From contig CAKQLT010000002.1 of assembly GCA_934254715.1 (NCBI GenBank), positions 928 to 64,927 on the forward strand: a stretch of DNA of 64,000 bases, given 5' to 3'. Positions within the stretch are counted from its first letter, which is position 1, and each line of letters opens with the position of its first letter. Source of the stretch: an uncultured Clostridia bacterium. GTDB lineage: Bacteria > Bacillota > Clostridia > Christensenellales > CAG-917. The notes under the pieces are model-generated. The model saw only the letters and a program-made list of their open reading frames with translations, made no database searches and was not told where the DNA came from. A program made the translations under genes and the position numbers. Shown piece after piece: positions 1-10,708 of this stretch.

Positions 1-1025
1 GAAAACTTCTTTTCGGCGAAAGAACGCCGTCGGGAAAACTTGCCGAAACTTGGCCGTTACGTTATGAGGACGTACCGTTCGGAAAAGATTATTCCAAAAC
101 GGTGAATGAAGTTTATAAAGAAAGCGTTTTGGTCGGATACAGATATTATTCGACTGCAAACAAGCCTGTCAGATATCCGTTCGGATACGGACTTTCATAT
201 ACGAAATTCGAGTATTCCGATTTTTTGATTGAAGAAAAGGACGATGAAATCATTGCAACGGTAAGCGTGAAAAACGTAGGCAAATATGACGGCGCGGAAA
301 TCGTGCAGTTATATGTAGGTGCGCCGACGAGAGACTGTTTTAAGGCAAGGAAGGAACTCAAAGGTTTTTGCAAACTGTATCTTGAAAAAGGTGAAACAAA
401 AACCGCCGTTATATCCGTCAAAAAAGAAGATTTAAGATATTGGAACATCAAAGAAAACCGTTGGGTTCTCGAAGATGGCGAATATGCGGTTGAAATCTGC
501 TCGGATTCCGAAACCGTCCGATTCAAACAGACGTTAAGCCTTGTTGGAGAAACGACGGAAAATCCGTATTCGACGGAAATAGACGAGATATATAGAAACG
601 CTAATTTATCCGATGTGACCGATGCGGTTTTTGAAGAAATGTCGGGGGTGAAAATCCCAGCAATTCCACCCCAAAAACCGATAAGGTTGGAAAGCCGTTT
701 CAGTGATATGAGAGCCACTTTGCTTGGGAAAATCCTCTTTGCTGCCGTTTTATCTGTTGCTAAAATAGATATGATGAAAGCAAAACGTCTTCCGGAAGGA
801 ACAGAGCGCGACAACAAAATCAAAGGCGCGATTTTCCTAAAACGTATTCTTGAAAGCAATTCGATAATAACGATGTCGATGTCGGCAGGCAAGAGCTGTC
901 CGTACAATTTTGCCAAGGGATTTGTCGATATGGCGAACGGACACATAATTAAAGGTATCAAAGATTTTTGCACTCCGATACAAGCACCGGAACTGCCAAA
1001 AGATAAGATGGATAAGGAGAAATAA
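1..1025 (+). CDS. Glycoside hydrolase family 3 beta-glucosidase, C-terminal portion (5' end lies upstream of the window)
   Basis: Frame 3 is open from nt 3 ([27 protein letters not shown]...), so the GTG at 102 in the ORF track is not the true start. [15 protein letters not shown] and [15 protein letters not shown] are GH3 C-terminal/Fn3-like signatures. They align with the full-length paralogue at 58227-60683. Confidence 0.9.
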   Translation, partial: KLLFGERTPSGKLAETWPLRYEDVPFGKDYSKTVNEVYKESVLVGYRYYSTANKPVRYPFGYGLSYTKFEYSDFLIEEKDDEIIATVSVKNVGKYDGAEIVQLYVGAPTRDCFKARKELKGFCKLYLEKGETKTAVISVKKEDLRYWNIKENRWVLEDGEYAVEICSDSETVRFKQTLSLVGETTENPYSTEIDEIYRNANLSDVTDAVFEEMSGVKIPAIPPQKPIRLESRFSDMRATLLGKILFAAVLSVAKIDMMKAKRLPEGTERDNKIKGAIFLKRILESNSIITMSMSAGKSCPYNFAKGFVDMANGHIIKGIKDFCTPIQAPELPKDKMDKEK

Positions 1026-1029
1026 AACG

Positions 1030-2895
1030 ATGAGCGAGAAAGTTTTATTAAGCGGGAAATTATTTGAATCGAGAGTACATTCTCAAAACGTTACGAGCAA
1101 AGAAAAATGGCTCGGTTATTTGCTCGGGCCGTGCGGAGCATTGTTGCTCAATGCGGTTTTGGCAACATATCTGAACGTTTACTATACCGATGTTTTGAAT
1201 CTCACGAGCGTGTGGGGCGGTTTGTTTTTGACGATATTCCCGATTGTGTCAAAAATCATCGATGCAATTACGAACGTGGTTATGGGGTATATCATTGATC
1301 GCACAAAAACGAAACAAGGTAAGGCAAGACCGTGGCTGCTGCTTTCTGCACCGTTAGTTGCGGTTACGGGCGTATTGTTGTTTATAGTGCCGAGCGGCAA
1401 TCAAAAATTGCAAATCGCTTGGGTTATGATTTCGTACAACCTATTCTATTCTTTTGCGTACACGATTTACAATATGAGTCACGGATTGATGGTTCCGCTT
1501 TCCACGAGAAACACCATTCAACGTGGCGGACTTTCGGTTTTCAACCAAATTTCAACGATTATGATGAGCGGTATCGTTGTTGCGCTCGTATTTCCGATGG
1601 CAATTATGCCTGCGCTGGGAGTAAACAAATCACTGTGGATAATTGTTATGAGCGTGCTGAGCATCATCGCACTTCCGCTTACACTTTTGGAATATTATTT
1701 CACAAAAGAAAGAGTCACCGAAGAACAAGTCGATGCCGACGCACCGAAAGTGTCGTTTGCAATGCAACTTAAAATCGTGTTCAGCGACAAATATCTTTGG
1801 ATTATCTTTGTATATTTCCTCATTTATACGTTCGGAACGGTTTTCAAAAATTTAGGGCTTGTCTATTATTGCAACTACGTTCTCGGTACGTACAACGACG
1901 GCATAACTCAAATGCTTGTGTCCGTTATAGGCGGCGTACCTATGGGAATAGGAATATTCCTTGTCTGGCCTCTTGCAAAAAAATTCGGCAAGCGCAACGT
2001 CACGATGTGGGGCTTTGTGCTTTACGCAATCGGCAGTGCGATATGCTGGATGTTCCCGACAAATCTTTATATCGTTCTCGTAGGACAATTTATCAAAAAT
2101 ATAGGCGGACTTCCGTGCGCATACGTGTTTATGGCTTTGTTTGCGGACGCACTGGACCACGTAGAATGGAAGAGCGGTGTTAGATGCGACGGAATTGCAA
2201 TGTCGGTGTACAACATTATTGCAGTCGCACTCGTTGGTGTATGCACGGGTATTTTCAACTCGTTGCTTGCAAATGCAGGTTATATCGCACCGTCGCTCAA
2301 CGAAGCGGGACAAACCATAGCAGCGGCACAACCCGAAGCGGTCAAAAACGCCATAACGTTCTCGTTTGTCGGGCTCGAAGTGTTTACAGGCGCAGTGCTT
2401 GCAATATTGCTTGCGTTCTTCAACGTCGAAAAAACAATAAGCAGAAAGCAACAGATTATAAGAGAAAGACAAAAGGCGGATTGCGAAGCGAAAGGCGAAG
2501 AATGGATTGCGCCCGAAATAAAGGCGGCGGAAGACGAAGAAAGATTCATTCTCGAAAACGAAAAAGCGTTTGCGGAAAACTTGAAGATTAAGTGCGAAAA
2601 GAAAGGACTTGACTTCGATCAAGAACTTGATAAGCACAATAATCAAGTCGCAGACAAGAAAGCAAAAGCGGAAGAGAAGAAACGTCTTGCAGAAGAAAAA
2701 CGTGCCGCAAAACTTGAAAAGGCAGAGCAAAAGAAGGCTCAAAGACTTGAAAAACTCACGCCCGAGCAACTTGCAAAACGTGAAGAACGTCAAAAGGCAA
2801 AACAAGAGCGTGACGAAAAGGCTTGGGAAATCGAAAAGCAAAAGGGCGAAGAATACTATCAAAAGATTCAAGCCGAACTTGCAAAGAAAGCATAA
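1030..2895 (+). CDS. GPH/MFS-family glycoside-pentoside-hexuronide:cation symporter with a long K/E-rich C-terminal tail
   Basis: The ATG is preceded by AAGGAG (1012-1017). About 12 hydrophobic segments and the N-terminal pattern [11 protein letters not shown]...[10 protein letters not shown]...[25 protein letters not shown] are typical of MelB/YicJ-type symporters. The last ~150 aa are a charged low-complexity tail. Confidence 0.85.
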   Translation: MSEKVLLSGKLFESRVHSQNVTSKEKWLGYLLGPCGALLLNAVLATYLNVYYTDVLNLTSVWGGLFLTIFPIVSKIIDAITNVVMGYIIDRTKTKQGKARPWLLLSAPLVAVTGVLLFIVPSGNQKLQIAWVMISYNLFYSFAYTIYNMSHGLMVPLSTRNTIQRGGLSVFNQISTIMMSGIVVALVFPMAIMPALGVNKSLWIIVMSVLSIIALPLTLLEYYFTKERVTEEQVDADAPKVSFAMQLKIVFSDKYLWIIFVYFLIYTFGTVFKNLGLVYYCNYVLGTYNDGITQMLVSVIGGVPMGIGIFLVWPLAKKFGKRNVTMWGFVLYAIGSAICWMFPTNLYIVLVGQFIKNIGGLPCAYVFMALFADALDHVEWKSGVRCDGIAMSVYNIIAVALVGVCTGIFNSLLANAGYIAPSLNEAGQTIAAAQPEAVKNAITFSFVGLEVFTGAVLAILLAFFNVEKTISRKQQIIRERQKADCEAKGEEWIAPEIKAAEDEERFILENEKAFAENLKIKCEKKGLDFDQELDKHNNQVADKKAKAEEKKRLAEEKRAAKLEKAEQKKAQRLEKLTPEQLAKREERQKAKQERDEKAWEIEKQKGEEYYQKIQAELAKKA

Positions 2896-2900
2896 CGATT

Positions 2901-3716
2901 ATGAGCAATGCAAACGATTTGAAAACGGTTAAGAAGAAAAAAATCGTCATAGGCGTATCGAGCGCAGTTGCGGCATTGCTTATTGCGGTATTGATTGCAC
3001 TGTTGATATGCGGAAGTCTATGGGGAATACCGCCGTTCGGTGCATTGCGAGACGCAAGACTTAAAAAACTCGAAGGGAATGCCGACAGATATTCTGTCGA
3101 AAACGTGCAGCCGTTGGATAACAGTCCGCTTGAAGGTAAGAGAATATGCTATCTCGGTTCGTCGGTGACGTACGGCGCATCGTCTTTGCAAACGTCCTTT
3201 GTCGAGTATATCGCAAAGCGGAACAAAACGACTTTTGTCAAAGAGGCGGTCAGCGGAACGACTCTCGTCGATGACGGCAATTCATACGTAAAAAGACTAA
3301 AAAACATAGATAAAAACGAGAAATTCGATTTGTTTGTGTGTCAACTCTCGACAAACGACGCAAGCAAAAAGAAAACGCTCGGAAATGTTGACGATCAAGA
3401 TGCGAAAACAGTTTGCGGTGCGATAAATTTCATAATCGATTATGCTCGTCAAACGTGGAATTGTCCCGTGGTGTTCTATACAAACGCATACTATGAAAGC
3501 AAGCAATATGCCAAAATGGTAGCCGCGCTCGATGAAATCGCAAAAATAAAAGATATTTTTGTTGCCGATTTGTACACGGACGAGCAGTTCAATGCAATAA
3601 GCGACGAGCAACGAAAACTATATATGGAAGACAAGATACATCCGACAAAAGCAGGTTATCTTGAATGGTGGACACCGGCAATCGAAAAGACGCTATACAA
3701 GGCGATTGGAGAATAA
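2901..3716 (+). CDS. Membrane-anchored SGNH/GDSL-family hydrolase (probable carbohydrate esterase)
   Basis: I chose the ATG at 2901, downstream of the transporter stop, rather than the 2823 ORF-track start. The product has an N-terminal TM helix (VIGVSSAVAALLIAVLIALLICGSL), a block I motif ICYLGSSVTYG and a C-terminal DKIHPTKAGY (DxxH) motif. Confidence 0.8.
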   Translation: MSNANDLKTVKKKKIVIGVSSAVAALLIAVLIALLICGSLWGIPPFGALRDARLKKLEGNADRYSVENVQPLDNSPLEGKRICYLGSSVTYGASSLQTSFVEYIAKRNKTTFVKEAVSGTTLVDDGNSYVKRLKNIDKNEKFDLFVCQLSTNDASKKKTLGNVDDQDAKTVCGAINFIIDYARQTWNCPVVFYTNAYYESKQYAKMVAALDEIAKIKDIFVADLYTDEQFNAISDEQRKLYMEDKIHPTKAGYLEWWTPAIEKTLYKAIGE

Positions 3717-3717
3717 A

Positions 3718-6276
3718 ATGAAAGCAATAAATATAAAAACGGAATATTTGCATAATCCTATCGGGCTCGAAACGATAAAGCCGAGAATTATGTGGAATTG
3801 CGACGGCGGCGTAAAACAAACGGCGTATTATATCGCCGCAGTAGTTGACGGCAAAGAGTGCTCGAGCGGAAAGGTTGAAAGCGACAGAATGCACGCCGAT
3901 TTCGGCATTCCGCTTTCATCTCGTTCTCAAGTGAGTTTCAGAATTAAACTTTGGGACGAAAACGGCAAAGAAGGCGAGTGGAGCGAAGAAAACTTTTTTG
4001 AAATCGGATTGATTGAAAAAAGCGATTGGCAAGCAAAGTGGATAAGCGGCGACTATAAAGTCGACAAGAAAAAACGATATCCCGTGGATTGTTTCAAAAA
4101 AGAATTCGACGCAAGCGACGTTGAAAAAGCACGGCTTTATATATCTGCTTGCGGTCTTTACGAGGCAAGACTCAACGGACAAAAATGCGGTGAATTCGTG
4201 TTTGCGCCGGGTGCTGTCGACTATCGCAAGAGAGTGCAATATCAAACGTACGACGTGACCGATTTGATAAGAAAAGGCGAAAACGATTTGACCGTTGAAC
4301 TTGCGGACGGATGGTATCGCGGTTCAAGCGGTTCAAAGGGCAGAGTCAACACTTACGGCACGCAGACTAAGTTTATCGCTCAACTTGAAATATTAACAAA
4401 AAACGGCGTTAAAACTACGATTTGCACGGATGAAACGTGGAATTGGTCAAACGACGGCGCAATTCGTTTTGCAGACTTAAAGGACGGAGAAATAGTTGAC
4501 GCGAGAAAAATGCCGACGTACAACGGCAAGGCGATTGCGGTTAAATACGATGCAAACCTCACTGCGTCCGACAATTTCGACGTCAAAGAAAACGAAAAGT
4601 TTTCGCCTATAACCATAATCAAAACACCAAGCGGAAAAACCGTTCTCGAATTCGAACAAAACCTGTCGGGATATATCGCGTTTTCTCTCAACGCCAAAGC
4701 AGGACAAAAGGTTCGCATTACGCTCGGAGAGTTGATCGGTAGCGACGGCGAACTTACTCTCAAAAACATTCAATGTATTTTTAAGGGGAAACCGTCGCCG
4801 TTACAAGAGATAGATTACACTTGCAAAGACGGATTGAACGAGTACAAGCCGAAGTTCTTCTACGGTGGGTTTAAGTATGCCCAAATCGATACGGACGTAC
4901 CCTTTGAAAAAGACGATTTTAAGGCTGTTGCGGTGTACAGCGCATTTGAAGAAACGTCAAAGTTTGAATGTTCGAACGAGCTTATAAACAAGTTTTATCA
5001 CAATACGCTTTGGTCGCTCAAAAGCAATTCGACGGATTTCCCGTCCGATTGCCCGACGAGAGAGCGTATGGGGTGGACGGGCGACAGCGAAGTGTTCTTC
5101 AATACGGCATCTTATATGGTGAATTATGCGCCGTTTGCAAGAAAGCACGTCAGAGATATTTTCGACAGGCAATGGAATAGCGGTCGCCTTCCGCAAATCG
5201 TTCCGTATGCTCACGAAGATTGGTTTATGTGGGTGATGAACGGCTCGGTAGGTTGGGCGTGCGCAGGCGTGTATATTCCGCTTTACTATTACGAAAAATA
5301 CGGCGACGACAGACTGCTCAAAGAGAATTACGAAGGCATAATCAAATATGCAAACTTTATGATAAAACGAGCAGGGAAATGGGGCGGTCCGTATGCAAAA
5401 TTCATACCGATGTCGCTCAAAAACCACAAGTATTTCGTCAACTGCGGACAGTCTTACGGAGAGTGGGCGGAGCCAAACGACGTTATGGCGTTTAAGTGGT
5501 ACGATTTTGCTGCACCGCACCCTGAAGAATCCACCGCGTACACCTATTTCACGCTCAAAAGAGTGCTTGAAATCGCGGACATTCTCGGTAAAAAAGACGA
5601 TAAACGCCTTGCTAAAATCAAAGAATACAGCGAAGGCGCAAAGCGTGCGTATCAAGAATACGTGTCAAAGCCCAAGTATTCGCTGGATACGGACAGACAG
5701 GCAAAACTCGTGCGTCCGCTCTATATGGGACTTTTGGACGAAAAACAAACCGAATATGCAAAAAAGCGTCTTATTAAGGCTATGGACAATTATGACTGGC
5801 GCATCGGCACGGGCTTTTTGTCAACGCCGTTCATTATGGACGTGCTTGCGGACATAAATATCGAATACGCCTACAAACTTCTCGAAAACGAGAAATGCCC
5901 CGGTTGGTTGTTTATGCCAAAGATAGGCGCAACGACGATCTGGGAAGATTGGGAAGGTCCTGCCGCAAAGGATAAAGGGCTTGCATCGCTCAATCACTAT
6001 TCCAAAGGCGCGGTTTGCGAGTGGCTTGTAAGAAGTATGTGCGGCATAAACGTTGTCGGTGAAAACCACTTTGTGATTGCGCAGAAAGTCGGCGGAAAAG
6101 AAACGTATGCAAAATGCGAATATCAAAGTATTTACGGAAAAGTTTCGAGCAAGTGGGAAAGAAAGGACGGCAAAACGCATTATACGATAGAAATTCCGTC
6201 AAATACGACGGCGGAAATATCAATCGACGGAAAAACTCATACTGTCGACGCAGGCAAATTCGAGTTAGAAGAATAA
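3718..6276 (+). CDS. Alpha-L-rhamnosidase (GH78)
   Basis: The ATG at 3718 follows GGAGA. The N-terminus MKAINIKTEYLHNPIGLETIKPRIMWNC is characteristic of GH78. Length (~850 aa), an internal DCPTRERMGWTGD motif and the adjacent rha genes agree. Confidence 0.92.
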   Translation: MKAINIKTEYLHNPIGLETIKPRIMWNCDGGVKQTAYYIAAVVDGKECSSGKVESDRMHADFGIPLSSRSQVSFRIKLWDENGKEGEWSEENFFEIGLIEKSDWQAKWISGDYKVDKKKRYPVDCFKKEFDASDVEKARLYISACGLYEARLNGQKCGEFVFAPGAVDYRKRVQYQTYDVTDLIRKGENDLTVELADGWYRGSSGSKGRVNTYGTQTKFIAQLEILTKNGVKTTICTDETWNWSNDGAIRFADLKDGEIVDARKMPTYNGKAIAVKYDANLTASDNFDVKENEKFSPITIIKTPSGKTVLEFEQNLSGYIAFSLNAKAGQKVRITLGELIGSDGELTLKNIQCIFKGKPSPLQEIDYTCKDGLNEYKPKFFYGGFKYAQIDTDVPFEKDDFKAVAVYSAFEETSKFECSNELINKFYHNTLWSLKSNSTDFPSDCPTRERMGWTGDSEVFFNTASYMVNYAPFARKHVRDIFDRQWNSGRLPQIVPYAHEDWFMWVMNGSVGWACAGVYIPLYYYEKYGDDRLLKENYEGIIKYANFMIKRAGKWGGPYAKFIPMSLKNHKYFVNCGQSYGEWAEPNDVMAFKWYDFAAPHPEESTAYTYFTLKRVLEIADILGKKDDKRLAKIKEYSEGAKRAYQEYVSKPKYSLDTDRQAKLVRPLYMGLLDEKQTEYAKKRLIKAMDNYDWRIGTGFLSTPFIMDVLADINIEYAYKLLENEKCPGWLFMPKIGATTIWEDWEGPAAKDKGLASLNHYSKGAVCEWLVRSMCGINVVGENHFVIAQKVGGKETYAKCEYQSIYGKVSSKWERKDGKTHYTIEIPSNTTAEISIDGKTHTVDAGKFELEE

Positions 6277-6328
6277 ATGAAAAATATTGGCGAAAGTCAT
6301 ATTTATAAAAAATAATAGGAGAATTATT

Positions 6329-7216
6329 ATGAGAAAGAAATCAGTTTTGATTTTGGTTGCATTGTGCCTGGTGGTTGCAATGCTTGCACTCGTTGCTTGC
6401 AACGATGACGGTGACAACACGCCGCCGGAAGAAGGTGCGTGGTTTGCAAAAACCGAGATTATGAGCGGAACTGCAACCGCAACTTTGACCTTCGTGTCGG
6501 ATACGGAATGGAAGTTGGATTGCGAGGGCGCATTCCTTTCCAAAGATTGGAATCCTTGGCAAAGCGGTACTTATAGCTTTGAGGGAAAAGCGGGTGAGTC
6601 TGCGTTGCATATGACCGCTACGAAAGAGTCTAAAAACACTTTTATCAAAGACAAGAGCGTTGGGGAAGAGGCAACATATCAACCGGAAAACGGCGTGTAC
6701 ACAATTGTCTTTGCCATAAATGGTGACGATGCTACTTTTCAATTGAAACCGCCGACAAACGGAACAAAACCGAGTGGCGATTCCGGGGAGGAAGAGCCTT
6801 GCACCGAGCACGTTGACGAAAACAAAGACGGCAAATGCGATAAGTGCGGTGCGGACGTTGAAGTGCCCGCACAAGTGCAACTTACAATGCTTTCCGAAGC
6901 GAATGCATACGGACAAACTGCAAAAATCGAAATGATGACGGACGGCACTTGGAGGTTGGGAATTTCCTATTACGCAGGTGGAGACTTCACCGAAACCGCA
7001 AGCGGAACGTGGGTTGCAAACGGTTATGAGAGTATGACGCTTACCGTGACCAAAGACGAGGCAAACGTTCTCGATGCAAAGACATATACCGTGCCTTTCG
7101 ATTTTGCAACAAACCCCGGCAATATCACTTACGCACTCACAATCAAGTGCAATGTACCGCAATTGGGCGAGTTGACGTTTGCGCTTTCCGCAAAAGTCGC
7201 AATGCCGCAACAATAA
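6329..7216 (+). CDS. Lipoprotein of unknown function with a central Cys4 motif, embedded in the rhamnose locus
   Basis: The ATG at 6329 follows AGGAG (6318-6322). The signal peptide has a lipobox (MRKKSVLILVALCLVVAMLALVAC). Two similar halves are separated by PCTEHVDENKDGKCDKCGADV. I recognise no family. Confidence 0.75.
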   Translation: MRKKSVLILVALCLVVAMLALVACNDDGDNTPPEEGAWFAKTEIMSGTATATLTFVSDTEWKLDCEGAFLSKDWNPWQSGTYSFEGKAGESALHMTATKESKNTFIKDKSVGEEATYQPENGVYTIVFAINGDDATFQLKPPTNGTKPSGDSGEEEPCTEHVDENKDGKCDKCGADVEVPAQVQLTMLSEANAYGQTAKIEMMTDGTWRLGISYYAGGDFTETASGTWVANGYESMTLTVTKDEANVLDAKTYTVPFDFATNPGNITYALTIKCNVPQLGELTFALSAKVAMPQQ

Positions 7217-7230
7217 TTATAATAACGAAT

Positions 7231-7257
7231 ACAGCCGACGGTTTTGCCGTCGGCTGT
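7231..7257 (+). other. Perfect 11-bp stem-loop without a U-tract between the lipoprotein gene and rhaB
   Basis: The sequence is ACAGCCGACGG-TTTT-GCCGTCGGCTGT. It is followed by an A-run, so it is not a canonical intrinsic terminator. It could be an RNA processing or stability element. Confidence 0.5.
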
Positions 7258-7271
7258 AAGCAAAAAAAACT

Positions 7272-8579
7272 ATGGACAACAAGTATTATCTTGCAATAGA
7301 TCTCGGGGCATCCAGCGGACGACATATCATCGGTTGGAAAGAAGACGGAGAGATAAAAACCAAAGAGATATACCGCTTTGAAAATCATATGGACAACAAG
7401 GGCGGACATCTCGTTTGGGATACGAAAAGACTGTTTAACGAGATTAAAAACGGACTTAAAGTGGCTTTTTCGCAATACGAGAGTATTGAAAGCCTTGCAA
7501 TAGATACGTGGGGCGTGGACTACGTTCTCATAAAAGACGGCAAATCCGTGTTGCCTTGCTATGCGTATAGAGATTCGAGAACGGAGAGTGCAATCGAAGA
7601 GATAAACTTAAAGATTTCTTTTGAAACGTTCTATATGCGCACCGGTATACAGTTCCAGTCTTTCAACACGGTGTATCAACTTTATGCGGATAAAAAGAGC
7701 GGTCGTTTGGACGGCGTTTCGACGTTTCTTATGATGCCCGAATACTTTGGTTATTTGCTTACGGGCAATATGGTGAAGGAATACACGGACGCAACTACGA
7801 CGGGACTTGTGAACTGCAAAACGAGAAAGTTCGATATAGACCTTATTCAAACTCTCGGTTTACCGCTTCAAATGTTTCCGTCGCTCAATACGCCGGGAAC
7901 GGTCGTCGGAAAACTCAATGACAGCGTTGCAAAAGAAGTTGGCGGACAAACGACGGTCAAACTCTGTCCGTCGCACGATACGGCAAGTGCGTTTTATGCC
8001 GTTGACAACCCAGAAAATAGCGTGCTTATTTCGAGCGGAACTTGGGCAATTCTCGGCGCAAAGATAAAAGAAGCCAACGTGTCGAGAGATGCTTTGAGAT
8101 ACAATTTCGCAAACGAAGGCGGAGTGGGGAACTTCCGTTTTTTGAAGAACATCACGGGTATGTGGATAAACGTGTGTCTTAAAAACGTGTTCGGAAGAAG
8201 TTTTGACGAGATGACGCGCCTTGCAAGCGAAAGTATGTTTGACGGAACGTTCGACGTAAATGACAAAGAGTTTTCTTTGCCCGAAAATATGGACAAGAAA
8301 ATCAAGAACTGGTTTGAGAGTCGTAATCTCAATGCTCCTAAAACGGAAGGGGACTTGTATCGCAGTGCGTACAGGTCTATGGCAATGGGATATAAAAAAG
8401 CAATTGACGATTTGGAAAAATGCGAAAACCGCACGTTCGATAAGATTTACATCGTAGGCGGTGGCGCAAACAACAAGTTGGTCAATGATTTTACAAGAGA
8501 ATTTACGAATAAACAAGTCGTTGCAATGCCCATAGAAGCAACGGCGATAGGCAATCTGAAAAGCCAAATGGAGTTATAA
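7272..8579 (+). CDS. rhaB: Rhamnulokinase (FGGY family)
   Basis: The N-terminus YYLAIDLGASSGRHIIG and the C-terminal IYIVGGGANNKLVN motif are typical. The gene lies immediately upstream of rhaA and rhaD. Confidence 0.9.
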   Translation: MDNKYYLAIDLGASSGRHIIGWKEDGEIKTKEIYRFENHMDNKGGHLVWDTKRLFNEIKNGLKVAFSQYESIESLAIDTWGVDYVLIKDGKSVLPCYAYRDSRTESAIEEINLKISFETFYMRTGIQFQSFNTVYQLYADKKSGRLDGVSTFLMMPEYFGYLLTGNMVKEYTDATTTGLVNCKTRKFDIDLIQTLGLPLQMFPSLNTPGTVVGKLNDSVAKEVGGQTTVKLCPSHDTASAFYAVDNPENSVLISSGTWAILGAKIKEANVSRDALRYNFANEGGVGNFRFLKNITGMWINVCLKNVFGRSFDEMTRLASESMFDGTFDVNDKEFSLPENMDKKIKNWFESRNLNAPKTEGDLYRSAYRSMAMGYKKAIDDLEKCENRTFDKIYIVGGGANNKLVNDFTREFTNKQVVAMPIEATAIGNLKSQMEL

Positions 8580-8582
8580 ACT

Positions 8583-9818
8583 ATGAGTTATCAGGAAGCG
8601 AAAGAAGTTTACGCAAAGATAGGCGTGGACACGGAACAAGCGATTGAAAAACTTAAAAATACCGCAATCTCGGTGCATTGTTGGCAAGGCGACGACGTTG
8701 TAGGTCTTGACGGTGGCGGTGCTGCGTCGGGCGGTATTCAAACGACTGGCAATTATCCCGGACGTGCAAGAAACTTTGAAGAACTCAAAGAAGATTTGAG
8801 AAAAACGTTTTCGCTTATGCCGGGCAAGAAAAGACTTAATTTACACGCAAGTTACGCAATTCTTAACGGCGAGAAAGTGGACAGAAACGCATATCGTCCC
8901 GAACATTTTGCGCCTTGGGTTGAGTTTGCAAAAGAGATAGGACTTGACGGAATCGATTTCAATCCCACGATGTTTTCGCACCCGATGGTAAAGGGCGGAC
9001 TTACGCTTTCGTCACCCGACGAGAACGTGCGCAAATTCTGGATTGAGCATTGCAAGGCGTGTATCCGCATTTCCGAATATTTCGCAAAGGAAATGAACAG
9101 CCATTGCCTTATGAATATTTGGATTCCCGACGGATTCAAGGACGTACCTAGCGACAGACTTACCCCAAGACTTCGTCTTAAAGAGAGCCTTGACGAGATT
9201 TTGAAAGAGCCGTATGACAAGAAGAAGGTCGTTGTTGCGGTGGAAAGCAAAGTGTTCGGTATAGGCGTTGAGAGTTATACGGTGGGTAGCAACGAGTTCT
9301 ATCAGAACTATGCGGCAAAGAACGATATTTGTTGCTTGCTTGACAACGGACATTATCATCCGCTCGAATATGTAAGCGACAAGATTCCTGCCTTGCTTGC
9401 TTTCTACGATAAAGTTGCACTTCACGTGACGCGCGGAGTGAGATGGGACAGCGACCACGTCGTTTTGTTTGAAGACGAACTCAAAGAGATTGCAAAAGAG
9501 ATTGTAAGAAACGACGCACTTGACAAGGTGCTTATCGGTCTTGACTATTTCGATGCGTCCATAAACCGTATATCTGCGTGGGTTACGGGTGAGCGCAATA
9601 TGCAAAAGGCATTGCTTTACGCATTGCTTACGCCAAACGACGCGCTCAAAAAGTTGCAAGATAACGGCGAGTTTACCGAACTTATGTACAGACAAGAACA
9701 ACTCAAAACCTATCCTTTCGGCGAAGTTTGGAAAGAGTATCTCGACAGACAAGGTATGAAAGACGATTGGTTTGACGAAATAAAAGACTACGAAAAAGGA
9801 GTGCTTAACAAAAGATGA
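8583..9818 (+). CDS. rhaA: L-rhamnose isomerase
   Basis: The motif AISVHCWQGDDVVG, a length of ~410 aa and the position between rhaB and rhaD support the call. Confidence 0.92.
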   Translation: MSYQEAKEVYAKIGVDTEQAIEKLKNTAISVHCWQGDDVVGLDGGGAASGGIQTTGNYPGRARNFEELKEDLRKTFSLMPGKKRLNLHASYAILNGEKVDRNAYRPEHFAPWVEFAKEIGLDGIDFNPTMFSHPMVKGGLTLSSPDENVRKFWIEHCKACIRISEYFAKEMNSHCLMNIWIPDGFKDVPSDRLTPRLRLKESLDEILKEPYDKKKVVVAVESKVFGIGVESYTVGSNEFYQNYAAKNDICCLLDNGHYHPLEYVSDKIPALLAFYDKVALHVTRGVRWDSDHVVLFEDELKEIAKEIVRNDALDKVLIGLDYFDASINRISAWVTGERNMQKALLYALLTPNDALKKLQDNGEFTELMYRQEQLKTYPFGEVWKEYLDRQGMKDDWFDEIKDYEKGVLNKR

Positions 9819-10627
9819 AAAACATACTTGAAGCACCGTTTGTAAAAGAACTTTGCAAAATTACGAGCAATATGTATCGTCAAGGCTGGGACGAGAGAAA
9901 CGGCGGAAACGTTTCCGTGTTGCTCGATGAAGAACAAGTAAAAGAATATCTCGATACGAACAAGGTTTTGCGCGTTATCCCGACGGGATTCGATGCAAAA
10001 GAGTTGGTCGGCAGATATTTTATCGTGACGGGAACGGGCAAGTATTTCAAGAACGTTGAAGGCGATCCAGAAACCAATCTCGGTATAATTCGTATCTGCG
10101 CAGACGGCAAATCGGCGGAACTTTTGTGGGGATATAAGGACGGCGGAAAATTCACGAGCGAACTTCCTGCGCACCTTATGACGCACGCAACTCGTTTGAA
10201 AATAGACCCCAGCCACAGAGTCGTTATGCATACGCACCCGACGTATACGATTTGTATGTCGGCGGTTGTAAAAACCGACGACAGGGTGTTTACCGAAAAG
10301 TTGTGGCGCAACAATACCGAAGCAATCGTTGTATTCCCGGACGGCGTAGGCGTGTTGCCTTGTATGGTTTGCGGAACGAACGAAATCGGTGAAGCGACGG
10401 CAGAGAAGATGAAGAAATATCGTCTTGTCGTATGGACGAATCACGGCATTTACGGTGTTGGCAAAGACATTGACGAAGCCTTCGGACTCATTGAAACGGT
10501 TGAGAAAACGGCACAACTTTATATGCTCACTTTGGGACACGTCGTCAACGAAATCGGTGATGACGTATTGCAAGGACTTGTGGATTTGTGGCATCTCACA
10601 CCGCTTGACGGAATCTTGGGAAAATAA
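9815..10627 (+). CDS. rhaD: Rhamnulose-1-phosphate aldolase (class II aldolase)
   Basis: An ATGA overlap joins it to rhaA. GWDERNGGNVS and the HTHPT metal-binding motif are present, and the length is ~270 aa. Confidence 0.9.
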   Translation: MKNILEAPFVKELCKITSNMYRQGWDERNGGNVSVLLDEEQVKEYLDTNKVLRVIPTGFDAKELVGRYFIVTGTGKYFKNVEGDPETNLGIIRICADGKSAELLWGYKDGGKFTSELPAHLMTHATRLKIDPSHRVVMHTHPTYTICMSAVVKTDDRVFTEKLWRNNTEAIVVFPDGVGVLPCMVCGTNEIGEATAEKMKKYRLVVWTNHGIYGVGKDIDEAFGLIETVEKTAQLYMLTLGHVVNEIGDDVLQGLVDLWHLTPLDGILGK

Positions 10628-10708
10628 GCGAACATATCCAAAGCAACGGCGTATTGCCTAAATATAGTTTGGGAAAAATAATAGAATTACCTTTAAGGAG
10701 ATAAAATT

